Part shown: one piece after another, positions 20,880 to 30,281 of the stretch | Position numbering within the stretch: position 1 is the first letter of the stretch | Layout: every line of letters starts with the position of its first letter | Source of the DNA: an uncultured bacterium | GTDB taxonomy: Bacteria > Krumholzibacteriota > Krumholzibacteriia > Krumholzibacteriales > Krumholzibacteriaceae | Assembly: GCA_963846325.1 (NCBI GenBank) | Contig: CAWJVO010000006.1 | Coordinates: 34,514-98,513, forward strand | DNA: 64,000 nucleotides | Reading direction: 5' to 3' | The notes under the pieces: generated by a model | Databases searched by the model: none | What the model saw: the letters and a program-made list of their open reading frames with translations, nothing else | Told to the model about the DNA's origin: nothing | Made by a program: the position numbers and the translations under genes

Positions 20880-21739
20880 GGGTCATAATGGCGGCCATGG
20901 ATTCCAGGCGTGAGGATGATGCGCTTCAGCGGCGGTACCTAAAGGAAATAAACAGATACCCTCTGCTCTCGGCGGAGGAGGAGATCGATCTCGCCCGGAA
21001 AGCGCGGAACGGAGATCTCGACGCCCGCCGGACGCTCATCGTCGCCAATCTCCGGCTCGTCATAACGATTGCCCGGACGTTCTCTTCGTACGGCGTACCG
21101 TTCCTCGACCTCGTCGAGGAGGGCAATCTGGGGCTCATCAAAGCGGTGGGGAAGTTCGATCCGGACCGGGGCTTCCGGTTCAGCACGTACGCTTCGTGGT
21201 GGATACGGCAATCGATCGTTCGCGCGATTTCCAGCTCCTCGCGGACGATCCGCATCCCCATCCATATTTTTCAGCTCATGACGCGCTACGTCGCCCTCGT
21301 GCAGGAACCCGGAATCGACAAGCTGTCGAGGGAGGACCGGGCGGCGCGTCTCAAGATATCCATGAAACGCTATCGCATGCTCGAGCAGCTCGTCGAAAAT
21401 ATCAGGGCGCTCGATCTCGCGAGCAGCATCGACGCGTATGAGCAATTGACGCGCTCCATCGAACCCGAAACGGGCACCGATCCCGAGAGCATCATCCTGC
21501 AGCAGATGCAGGACCAGAGCTTCGCGGAGCTCATGGAACGGCTCTCCGACAGAGAGAAGCTGGTGCTGCGTATCCGATACGGTTTCGACGACGGAGAGCC
21601 GCACACGCTCGCGGAAACCGGCGACGCGGTCAAGGTCTCCCGGGAGCGCGTTCGCCAGCTCGAGATGAGGGCGCTCCGCAAGCTCCGCTTTCTGCTCGGC
21701 GGGTCGCGCGAGTCGTCCGAAAACCGCAAGGAGAGATGA
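20876..21739 (+). CDS. RNA polymerase sigma-70 family factor (RpoD/RpoS-like, short form)
   Basis: Region 2 EGNLGLIKAVGKFDPDRGFRFSTYASWWIRQ. Region 4 HTH LAETGDAVKVSRERVRQLEMRALRKL. ATGA overlap with the M23 stop. Confidence 0.9.
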   Translation: MRVIMAAMDSRREDDALQRRYLKEINRYPLLSAEEEIDLARKARNGDLDARRTLIVANLRLVITIARTFSSYGVPFLDLVEEGNLGLIKAVGKFDPDRGFRFSTYASWWIRQSIVRAISSSSRTIRIPIHIFQLMTRYVALVQEPGIDKLSREDRAARLKISMKRYRMLEQLVENIRALDLASSIDAYEQLTRSIEPETGTDPESIILQQMQDQSFAELMERLSDREKLVLRIRYGFDDGEPHTLAETGDAVKVSRERVRQLEMRALRKLRFLLGGSRESSENRKER

Positions 21740-22257
21740 TGAACGAATCCTTGAAACGATTCATAAGGGAAATCCCCGATTTCCCGAAGCCCGGCATCCT
21801 CTTCAGGGATATCACCCCTGCGCTGCTCGATCCGGGAGCCTTCGCGGCGATATGCGACGCGATCCACGCGCACTGCGAGACCATGGCGATAGACAAGGTG
21901 GCGGCGGTCGAATCGCGCGGCTTCATCTTCGCCTCCGTTCTCGCCTACAAGATGGGAATCGGATTCATACCGTTGCGCAAGCCGGGCAAACTTCCCGCGA
22001 AAACGATTCAGGAGAAATACGCCCTCGAATACGGAGAAGCGGCGATCGAGATGCATCTCGACGCGGTATCGCCGGGCGAACGGATCCTCATACTCGACGA
22101 TCTACTCGCGACGGGAGGAACGGCCGCGGCGGCGGCCCGCCTCATCGAGCGCCAGGGGGGAATCGTCGAGGAGCTCGTCTTCATCATCGAGCTCACCGCC
22201 CTCAACGGCAGGGAGAATCTGCGGCATCGCACGATATTCAGTCTCATGTCATACTGA
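21736..22257 (+). CDS. apt: adenine phosphoribosyltransferase
   Basis: PRPP-binding motif ILILDDLLATGGTA. N-terminus IPDFPKPGILFRDITP. Confidence 0.95.
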   Translation: MMNESLKRFIREIPDFPKPGILFRDITPALLDPGAFAAICDAIHAHCETMAIDKVAAVESRGFIFASVLAYKMGIGFIPLRKPGKLPAKTIQEKYALEYGEAAIEMHLDAVSPGERILILDDLLATGGTAAAAARLIERQGGIVEELVFIIELTALNGRENLRHRTIFSLMSY

Positions 22258-22321
22258 ATCGCTCGATTTCATTTGCGAATCGCGCCCTCGGTCGATACTA
22301 TTAAGGGTCTTGCGGTCGAGA

Positions 22322-22398
22322 GCCCCCGTAGCTCAGATGGATAGAGCAGCGGTTTCCTAAACCGTTTGTCGGACGTTCGAATCGTCTCGGGGGCACCA
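22322..22398 (+). tRNA. tRNA-Arg (anticodon CCT)
   Basis: Acceptor GCCCCCG/CGGGGGC, anticodon stem GCGGT/ACCGT with loop TTCCTAA, T-loop TTCGAAT, encoded CCA. Confidence 0.9.
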
Positions 22399-22403
22399 CA
22401 TAA

Positions 22404-22593
22404 TAAAGGGAATTGTCCTTCGCAGTGCGGAAGAGGCAATTCCCTTTTTTTCTAACGAGACCGGGAGACGACTACCTTGCGTGACGTGTCTCAACCGCCC
22501 TTCAGAGGCCTAACGCAGCAAGATCGCTTCGCTTCAAAGGTTGGCTTGAGAGCAGACGGATCACGAGCGCGTAGTCCGCTCCTTGTCTCGTTG
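22404..22593 (-). ncRNA. candidate structured small RNA of unknown class (rod-like fold plus terminator)
   Basis: Starts about 7 nt downstream of a consensus promoter. The 5' end AACGAGAC (22592-22585) pairs with GTCTCGTT (22461-22454) just before the terminator, and the helix continues as GGAG/CTCC, GACTAC/GTAGTC, CGTGAT/GTCACG, CTCAA/TTGAG. Several G-U pairs exist only in the minus-sense RNA. No credible ORF. Confidence 0.42.
22406..22452. terminator. bidirectional rho-independent terminator
   Basis: Stem GGGAATTG (22408-22415) / CAATTCCC (22437-22444) with an inner CTTC/GAAG extension. Followed by T7 on the + strand and by TTTATTAT on the - strand. Confidence 0.7.
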
Positions 22594-22599
22594 AACATG

Positions 22600-22627
22600 A
22601 TTATAGACCAGGAAAACTCCGTGTCAA
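22600..22627 (-). promoter_or_regulatory. consensus sigma70-type promoter (TTGACA-N16-TATAAT)
   Basis: Minus-strand reading: TTGACA (22627-22622), 16-nt spacer, TATAAT (22605-22600). An A/T-rich tract (CACTTTTTTC) lies immediately upstream of the -35. Confidence 0.55.
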
Positions 22628-22815
22628 GAAAAAAGTGACAATTATTACCAATTTGTATATGCTTATATATGAAATTGTTACTGATAATATCTAATGTAGC
22701 ACATTAATAATATCGAACCGATTGACAAAAGGTGTTGACGGGGCCGGGGCGGCCTGTCGATTCTTCAGGCTTTCGTGCCTTCGACCCGTGGCGCGCGAAT
22801 CGCGGGAGCGGCCCG

Positions 22816-22865
22816 ATAATAAAATAAATGTTCCCGACGATACGTTATCGCATCAGCGGGAACAT
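22816..22865 (-). terminator. rho-independent terminator, minus strand (possibly bidirectional)
   Basis: Perfect 9-bp arms ATGTTCCCG (22828-22836) / CGGGAACAT (22857-22865) with an inner CGATA/TATCG helix. On the - strand it is followed by TTATTTTATTAT. Confidence 0.5.
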
Positions 22866-23121
22866 TCACTTTTGCGAGCCGGATTTCTTTCGTTCCGACT
22901 CAGCGGAGCCACCACAGGAGGTCAATGATCAGGCACCATGCAAACATGGCTATCACCCCCTGAAAGGTCACCGAAGCCGTCTTCACATTTCAACACCCCA
23001 TCCCCGGACCTTGCAATGAACATGAGAAGCATATGCCGTGCCCGGGGCGGAGACGCCGAGACATGCGCCGTGGCAACCGACGCAATATATATGAGATACG
23101 CCGAAGAAATGGGGAACCTGA

Positions 23122-25593
23122 TTACTGGCTGTTTCTGCGGAGAAGGACGAGCGTCATGTCATCTTTCAAGCTGTTCTGGCCAAATGCGAGCAGTGTGGCA
23201 AATAACTTCTCGATGAGCGCGTTGATCGATTGTTGCGCGTTGCTCCTGAAGAATTCTATCAATCTCGGCTCTCCGAAAGGCTCCCCTTGCGGGCTTTCCT
23301 GGTCGATTATTCCGTCCGTATAGATGACGAGGAGGTCTCCGGCTCTCAGCCTGAGGACGCCTTCCATGTATTCGCTTTCCGACTCGACGCCGATGAGAAT
23401 GCCCCCTCTCTGCAGCCTGTTGATCCTGCCGTCCGGGGATATGACGAAGGGAGGATACGATCCCGCGTTCGAATACCGGATGATGCCGCTCGCGTCCTCG
23501 TACACCGCGTAGAAGAGCGTCGCGAATTTTTCCGCGTCGCTCCGCTCGTAGAGAGAGGCGTTGAGACTCGTGATGACCGCCGCGGGGCTGTCGGACTTCA
23601 TGCCGTCGATTCTCAGCGAAGCCTGTATCGTGGTCATGAGGAGCGCCGCCGGAATCCCCTTGCCCGATACGTCGGCCACGGCGATCCCGATCTTTCCCTC
23701 TCCGAGCTCGAGGAAATCGTAGAAATCCCCTCCGACCTCCCGGCTCGTTCGTATGCCTCCCAGGAGCCCCGCGAAGGCGAGCGGGGGAGGGGATGCGGGG
23801 AGAAGCCGCGCCTGGATATCGCTCGCGAGGTGAAGCTCCTCCTCGAGCTTTTCCTTTTCGATGGAATCTCTGCAGAGCTCGACGTTCATGAGAGCGACCG
23901 CGCTCCGCTCTCCGAGGAGCTCGAAGATCTCGCTGTCGGACCGGGTATACGGCTTGCCGGAGCTCTTGCGCCCGACGAGCAGGAATCCGAAAAGCTCGTC
24001 CTGCTCCATGAGAGGAACGGCCGCCGACGCGCGCGAGTTCGCGATGAGCTCCCGCGAGATCCCGTCGAAGTTGTTCTTGATCCAGAGCCTGTCGAAGCAC
24101 TCGAGCATTATCGGCAGACGCTCCTCGCGCATGAGCGTGATGAGATCGGTTCCGGGAGGAAACGAGGTGAGCGCCAGCCGTTTGTCCGGCGGGGCGCTCT
24201 CCCTCAGGGTGAAATTGCCGGATCCGTCCCTCAGGAAGAGGTACGCGTGCTCGGCGCGAAAGACGGAGAGTATCCGCGCCGTGACGAACGAGCCGATTTC
24301 CGCGACCGACCGGAGATACTGAATCTGCCTCGAGAACGCGATGACCTCGTCCTTGAAAGCCTTCCTGCTCTGGTAGAAAGCGCGATCGACGATTCTCTGG
24401 ATTCCGACGCGCGCCGGAACGATCGCGAGCGCCAGGAGAATGATCGCCGCGCCGGTGACGAACGTCGCCTGCGCGCCGAAAACGCGTTTCATCTCCTGTT
24501 CCAGCGCGGTGACGAACGCGTAATAGAGCGCGATGACGAACACGAGCAGCATCACGTAGGCGATGGATTTTCTCACGACGACGCCCAGATCGAGCGCGTC
24601 GTGCTTGAGGATCGCGTACGCGAACGATATCGGCATGAAGGAGAGGAAGAACGACCAGAGGTACCGGACCGGCACCGTCCCCGTCGGCAGCAATTGTTTG
24701 ATCAGCATAAGGACGGTGAGAGGCACGACCCCCAGCGCCACACCGATGATGACGATTCCGAATTTCTGCCGCTGCGCCCGTTCCGACACGAAATACGTCC
24801 GGATGAATACCGCGAGGCTCGCGACGACGTAGCAGAGCCAATAAACAATCGTGAGAGCGTTGAGGACGCCGATGAGGGCGCTCATGCGCCCGCCTCCCGA
24901 ATATCGCCAGAGCGCGAGAATGAAGGTCGAGAGCGAGAGGATTCCCGGCGGGATGTACAGAAAACCGACGAGCCGCCGCCTCCTCGTCCCGCGCTCGATC
25001 TCGCGCCCCGGAAAGAGGAGAAAAAAATGAAGAAAGAACGCAGGGAGAAAGATGAACAGGAAATCGTAAATGAGCTCTCCGACGATGTGAAGGAAGGGGA
25101 TGCCGGTGATCGGGCGCTCCGTGATGAGAAAGGCGAACATGAGGCAATTCGCCGAGAACAGGGCGCCGAGAATATCGGATCGCTTCGCGAAGACGGTGAG
25201 CCCCGCGAGGAGAAACGTGAAGCCGACGACGAGAAGCGAGAACTTTCCCGAGACGTGCCAGGCGGGCTGGGTCCCGCACAGCACCCCGACCCGGAACGTC
25301 GAATCTCCCCGCGCGACCGTGAAGTCGAGCGGAGAGGCGCCGCGGTTCGAGAAGACGAGGCTCGCATAATGATTCAGGTTCCTGGGGCTCACGCCGTTGA
25401 CGGCGATGATCCGATCGCCCGGCCGGAGCCCGAGATCCCTGTTCGGGCTCGTCTGCTCGATCGCGCGGATCGCGAAATTGTAATGGAGAATTCCGGTGTA
25501 GGGAGACCGGGTGAAGTCCCGGAACCCCAGCGAGCCGAGCAGGGCGATGATCACCGCGAGAACCACGATGGCGATCAACGAAACCCGGGTCAT
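23122..25593 (-). CDS. membrane sensor phosphatase: periplasmic PDZ, polytopic membrane region, GAF, PP2C/SpoIIE phosphatase
   Basis: PDZ-like GLRPGDRIIAVNG near the N-terminus, followed by about 9 hydrophobic helices and a GAF-like segment. C-terminal SpoIIE motifs SREVGGDFYDF, ADVSGKGIPAALLM, YTDGIIDQ. Confidence 0.85.
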   Translation of the reverse strand: MTRVSLIAIVVLAVIIALLGSLGFRDFTRSPYTGILHYNFAIRAIEQTSPNRDLGLRPGDRIIAVNGVSPRNLNHYASLVFSNRGASPLDFTVARGDSTFRVGVLCGTQPAWHVSGKFSLLVVGFTFLLAGLTVFAKRSDILGALFSANCLMFAFLITERPITGIPFLHIVGELIYDFLFIFLPAFFLHFFLLFPGREIERGTRRRRLVGFLYIPPGILSLSTFILALWRYSGGGRMSALIGVLNALTIVYWLCYVVASLAVFIRTYFVSERAQRQKFGIVIIGVALGVVPLTVLMLIKQLLPTGTVPVRYLWSFFLSFMPISFAYAILKHDALDLGVVVRKSIAYVMLLVFVIALYYAFVTALEQEMKRVFGAQATFVTGAAIILLALAIVPARVGIQRIVDRAFYQSRKAFKDEVIAFSRQIQYLRSVAEIGSFVTARILSVFRAEHAYLFLRDGSGNFTLRESAPPDKRLALTSFPPGTDLITLMREERLPIMLECFDRLWIKNNFDGISRELIANSRASAAVPLMEQDELFGFLLVGRKSSGKPYTRSDSEIFELLGERSAVALMNVELCRDSIEKEKLEEELHLASDIQARLLPASPPPLAFAGLLGGIRTSREVGGDFYDFLELGEGKIGIAVADVSGKGIPAALLMTTIQASLRIDGMKSDSPAAVITSLNASLYERSDAEKFATLFYAVYEDASGIIRYSNAGSYPPFVISPDGRINRLQRGGILIGVESESEYMEGVLRLRAGDLLVIYTDGIIDQESPQGEPFGEPRLIEFFRSNAQQSINALIEKLFATLLAFGQNSLKDDMTLVLLRRNSQ

Positions 25594-25742
25594 GGCCGCC
25601 TCCCCGTGCGGGATCGAAACCGTCCCGAGCTTTGCAGAGGGCGGCCTTCCTTGTCAAATTATTTATCGGTTGCGCGGGATTTCTCTTGATAATCCATCAG
25701 ATCGAATGTTATTTACAGAGTGGAGAGAAGGAGGTACGGAAC

Positions 25743-26411
25743 GTGGCAGCAGCACGAATTTCCAAGAAGCAATTGAAGGAAGATACCTTCATCGCGACGA
25801 CCCTGAAGGCGTGGGAGTATATACGCGAAAACGAAAAGAGATTCTTCATCGGGCTCATCGTGATCGTATGCGCCGTCGCTCTGGCCGGGTGGGCGGCATA
25901 TGCCAAGAGACAGAACAGGGAAAAGGCTTCCAGCCAGTTCGCCGACGCGCTCGCTTCGTTCCGGACCGGCGACCTCAAAACGGCCGATGAGCTTTTCGCG
26001 CTCGTCGCGAAGGAATACGGCGGCACGGAGGAGGGCGTCTACGCGAGCTTCTTCCAGGGGAAATGCAATCTCGAGAACGGAAAATATCTCGACGCGATCC
26101 AGGCGTTCGATCGTTACATCGCGAAGAGCGGAAGCCACCCGTTCTTTCGTGACGCCGCGGTCGAGGGGAGGGCGGTAGCGCTCCAGAACGAGCATCGATA
26201 CGTCGAAGCCGGCGACGCATACGCCGATCTCGCGAAAAACATCAAGACGAACCGCTTCATGGAGACCGTTTATCTCAAACGCGCGGCCGAGAACTACCGC
26301 CTCGGCGATCAGACGGAGAAGGCGATCGAGATCCTGTCGACGCTTCTCGGCAAAGCCACGGGCACGGAACGCCGGGATATCGAGATAGAGCTGGCGATCC
26401 TCCGCGGCTGA
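25743..26411 (+). CDS. membrane-anchored TPR-like protein (YfgM-like architecture)
   Basis: GTG at 25743 is preceded by GAAGGAGG. Single TM (FFIGLIVIVCAVALAGWAAYA) followed by TPR-like helices. The longer track ORF (from 25632) lacks an RBS. Confidence 0.65.
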   Translation: MAAARISKKQLKEDTFIATTLKAWEYIRENEKRFFIGLIVIVCAVALAGWAAYAKRQNREKASSQFADALASFRTGDLKTADELFALVAKEYGGTEEGVYASFFQGKCNLENGKYLDAIQAFDRYIAKSGSHPFFRDAAVEGRAVALQNEHRYVEAGDAYADLAKNIKTNRFMETVYLKRAAENYRLGDQTEKAIEILSTLLGKATGTERRDIEIELAILRG

Positions 26412-26875
26412 TGGGCCGCCGGCGCGGCGCTCCATCAGCAACCGGACGGCGTGTTTGCATGGAAGAGAATGCGGGATTGAATGCGATCGGAGGAACGGGG
26501 GAGAGCCCCGCGGCGAAGCCGTCGGGCGATTCCCGCTGGATCGCCGCAGTCGGGTACGTCGCGTTCGTATGCTTCTTCTCGCTCTGGTACGCGAAGAGGG
26601 ATCCGTTCGTCAAGGCTCATGCGTCTCAGGCGGTGCTTCTCTTCGTGGCCGAATGCGCGGCGCTCGCGGTCGCCGTTATCCTGGACTCTACGATCGGAAG
26701 AATCAGGATAGCCGGGCTCATCGTCGTCGGTCTCTTCGATCTCGTAGCGGCCCTCGCGGCTCTCGTTCTCTCGCTCGCGGGCTTTCTCAAGGCCCTCTTC
26801 GGGGAGGATTGGAGAATGCCCTTCTTCGGGCACTACCGCGAGAGGGTTCCCTTGCTTCATGGGCGGGAGGATTAA
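26411..26875 (+). CDS. DUF4870-like small membrane protein
   Basis: TGATG overlap with the upstream stop. Motif YAKRDPFVKAHASQAVLLF and 3 TM helices. An alternative start is at MEENAG (26459). Confidence 0.6.
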   Translation: MGRRRGAPSATGRRVCMEENAGLNAIGGTGESPAAKPSGDSRWIAAVGYVAFVCFFSLWYAKRDPFVKAHASQAVLLFVAECAALAVAVILDSTIGRIRIAGLIVVGLFDLVAALAALVLSLAGFLKALFGEDWRMPFFGHYRERVPLLHGRED

Positions 26876-26925
26876 TTTTATCTTGACAGCTTTTTGCGAT
26901 TGAACTTAGTGTTCGGCGGGGGGGT

Positions 26926-26941
26926 TGGTGAGGTTCTTGCA
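26926..26941 (+). promoter_or_regulatory. weak sigma54-type -24/-12 promoter candidate
   Basis: TGGTGA-GGTTC-TTGCA has correct GG-N10-GC spacing and a perfect TTGCA -12 box, about 55 nt upstream of the ATG at 26997. The -24 box matches TGGCAC at only 3/6. Confidence 0.3.
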
Positions 26942-26996
26942 CCACGGCATGGAAGAACGGGGAATAACAGGAAATGAACGGTAAGGAGGAGATGTT

Positions 26997-27566
26997 ATGA
27001 AGAAACTGGCAATGAGTGCTTTGTTCGTGCTGCTCCTGTTCGGATCGGCCGCCGCTCATGACGGCGCGCTGTCGCTTTACACCGACGCGACGATTACGGT
27101 TTGCTCCTCGGTGATCGCGTCGTTCGAGACCGACACCATCAACATGTACTACGTTCGGGGCACCGGGGCGAATCTCGGGAACGCCGTTGAGTTCAGGCTC
27201 GAGGCCTCGATCGCGGATGCGATATTTCTCGGCTTCGAGTGGAATTCCCAGATCACCGTCACCCTCGGCGACCCTCTGACCGGGATTTCGCTCACGGGCT
27301 CCAATTGTCTCGGCGGAGACGAACCGGTGGTCTACATCGGTTCCATATTTATCATGTACACGGGCTTCGCTTCTCCGCCCGACGACAGGTTCACCGTTAT
27401 GGTGAAGGAAGATCCGGCCGCTCAGCCTCCGGGCATCTACATAACCGAATGTCTTCCTTCGAATCCCATCAAAGCCGTTCTCGGTGGAACGTTCGTGTTC
27501 AACGGCAGCTGCTCGCCGTCGGTCAAGGAATCGACCTGGGGTTCCATCAAGGCTCTCTACAAATAG
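26997..27566 (+). CDS. secreted hypothetical protein (189 aa)
   Basis: Strong RBS (AAGGAGGAG). Cleavable signal peptide MKKLAMSALFVLLLFGSAAA/HD. Four Cys residues. C-terminus ...STWGSIKALYK. Followed by a strong terminator. I do not recognise the family. Confidence 0.7.
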   Translation: MKKLAMSALFVLLLFGSAAAHDGALSLYTDATITVCSSVIASFETDTINMYYVRGTGANLGNAVEFRLEASIADAIFLGFEWNSQITVTLGDPLTGISLTGSNCLGGDEPVVYIGSIFIMYTGFASPPDDRFTVMVKEDPAAQPPGIYITECLPSNPIKAVLGGTFVFNGSCSPSVKESTWGSIKALYK

Positions 27567-27593
27567 CCTGAGACCGGATACGGCTTCGCATCG

Positions 27594-27630
27594 ACCCGGG
27601 ATCGAGCAATCGATCCCGGGTTTTCTTTTT
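27594..27630 (+). terminator. rho-independent terminator
   Basis: Perfect 12-bp stem ACCCGGGATCGA / TCGATCCCGGGT with loop GCAA, followed by TTTCTTTTT. Confidence 0.8.
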
Positions 27631-27717
27631 CATGTGAAAGCGAGAAAGGCGGAAGGAGAATGGCGAAACGGAAGGATATGAAAACCGACAAGCGGAGGCT
27701 TTTCGAAGCGCCATTTA

Positions 27718-27745
27718 ATGGCGTATAATATATATTATGTTAACC
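27718..27745. other. dif: dif-like XerC/XerD chromosome dimer resolution site
   Basis: ATGGCGTATAA-TATATA-TTATGTTAACC matches E. coli dif (GGTGCGCATAA-TGTATA-TTATGTTAAAT) at 21/28 positions, including 9/11 of the XerD arm. Lies in a low-GC spacer between convergent genes, at the point where gene strand polarity flips. Confidence 0.6.
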
Positions 27746-27764
27746 AATAAGAGGGGTCAGCCTC

Positions 27765-30277
<2,513 letters not shown>

Positions 30278-30281
<4 letters not shown>

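Noticed and set aside
22404-22593. Retron msr/msd RNA (terminal inverted repeats AACGAGAC/GTCTCGTT flanking a long hairpin)
   Set aside because: There is no reverse transcriptase or any ORF downstream on that strand. The RNA ends at a terminator abutting tRNA-Arg.
22722-22738. Tandem TTGACA / TTGACG boxes on the plus strand as promoters of a rightward sRNA
   Set aside because: No acceptable -10 hexamer lies 16-19 nt downstream of either box (GGGGCG / CGATTC).
22700-22916. Possible tmRNA (ssrA): GGGGCCGGGGC... near 22740 and ...CAGCGGAGCCACCA at 22901-22914 resemble tmRNA 5' and 3' ends
   Set aside because: There is no T-arm (no GGTTCGAxTCC-like loop) before the ACCA. The putative acceptor strands are not complementary (GGCTCCG is absent upstream). 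No tag-reading-frame or pseudoknot pattern could be found.
22322-23121. Integrated mobile element or genomic island at tRNA-Arg(CCT), suggested by the low-GC non-coding DNA next to a tRNA
   Set aside because: No integrase, transposase or phage gene is present, and no direct repeat of the tRNA 3' end was found in the following 5 kb. At most it is an old scar.
22722-23216. Small plus-strand ORFs in the non-coding island (22722-22928, 22828-23019, 22938-23216)
   Set aside because: They have no RBS, a composition unlike real proteins in this genome, overlap each other and structured elements, and have no recognisable motifs.
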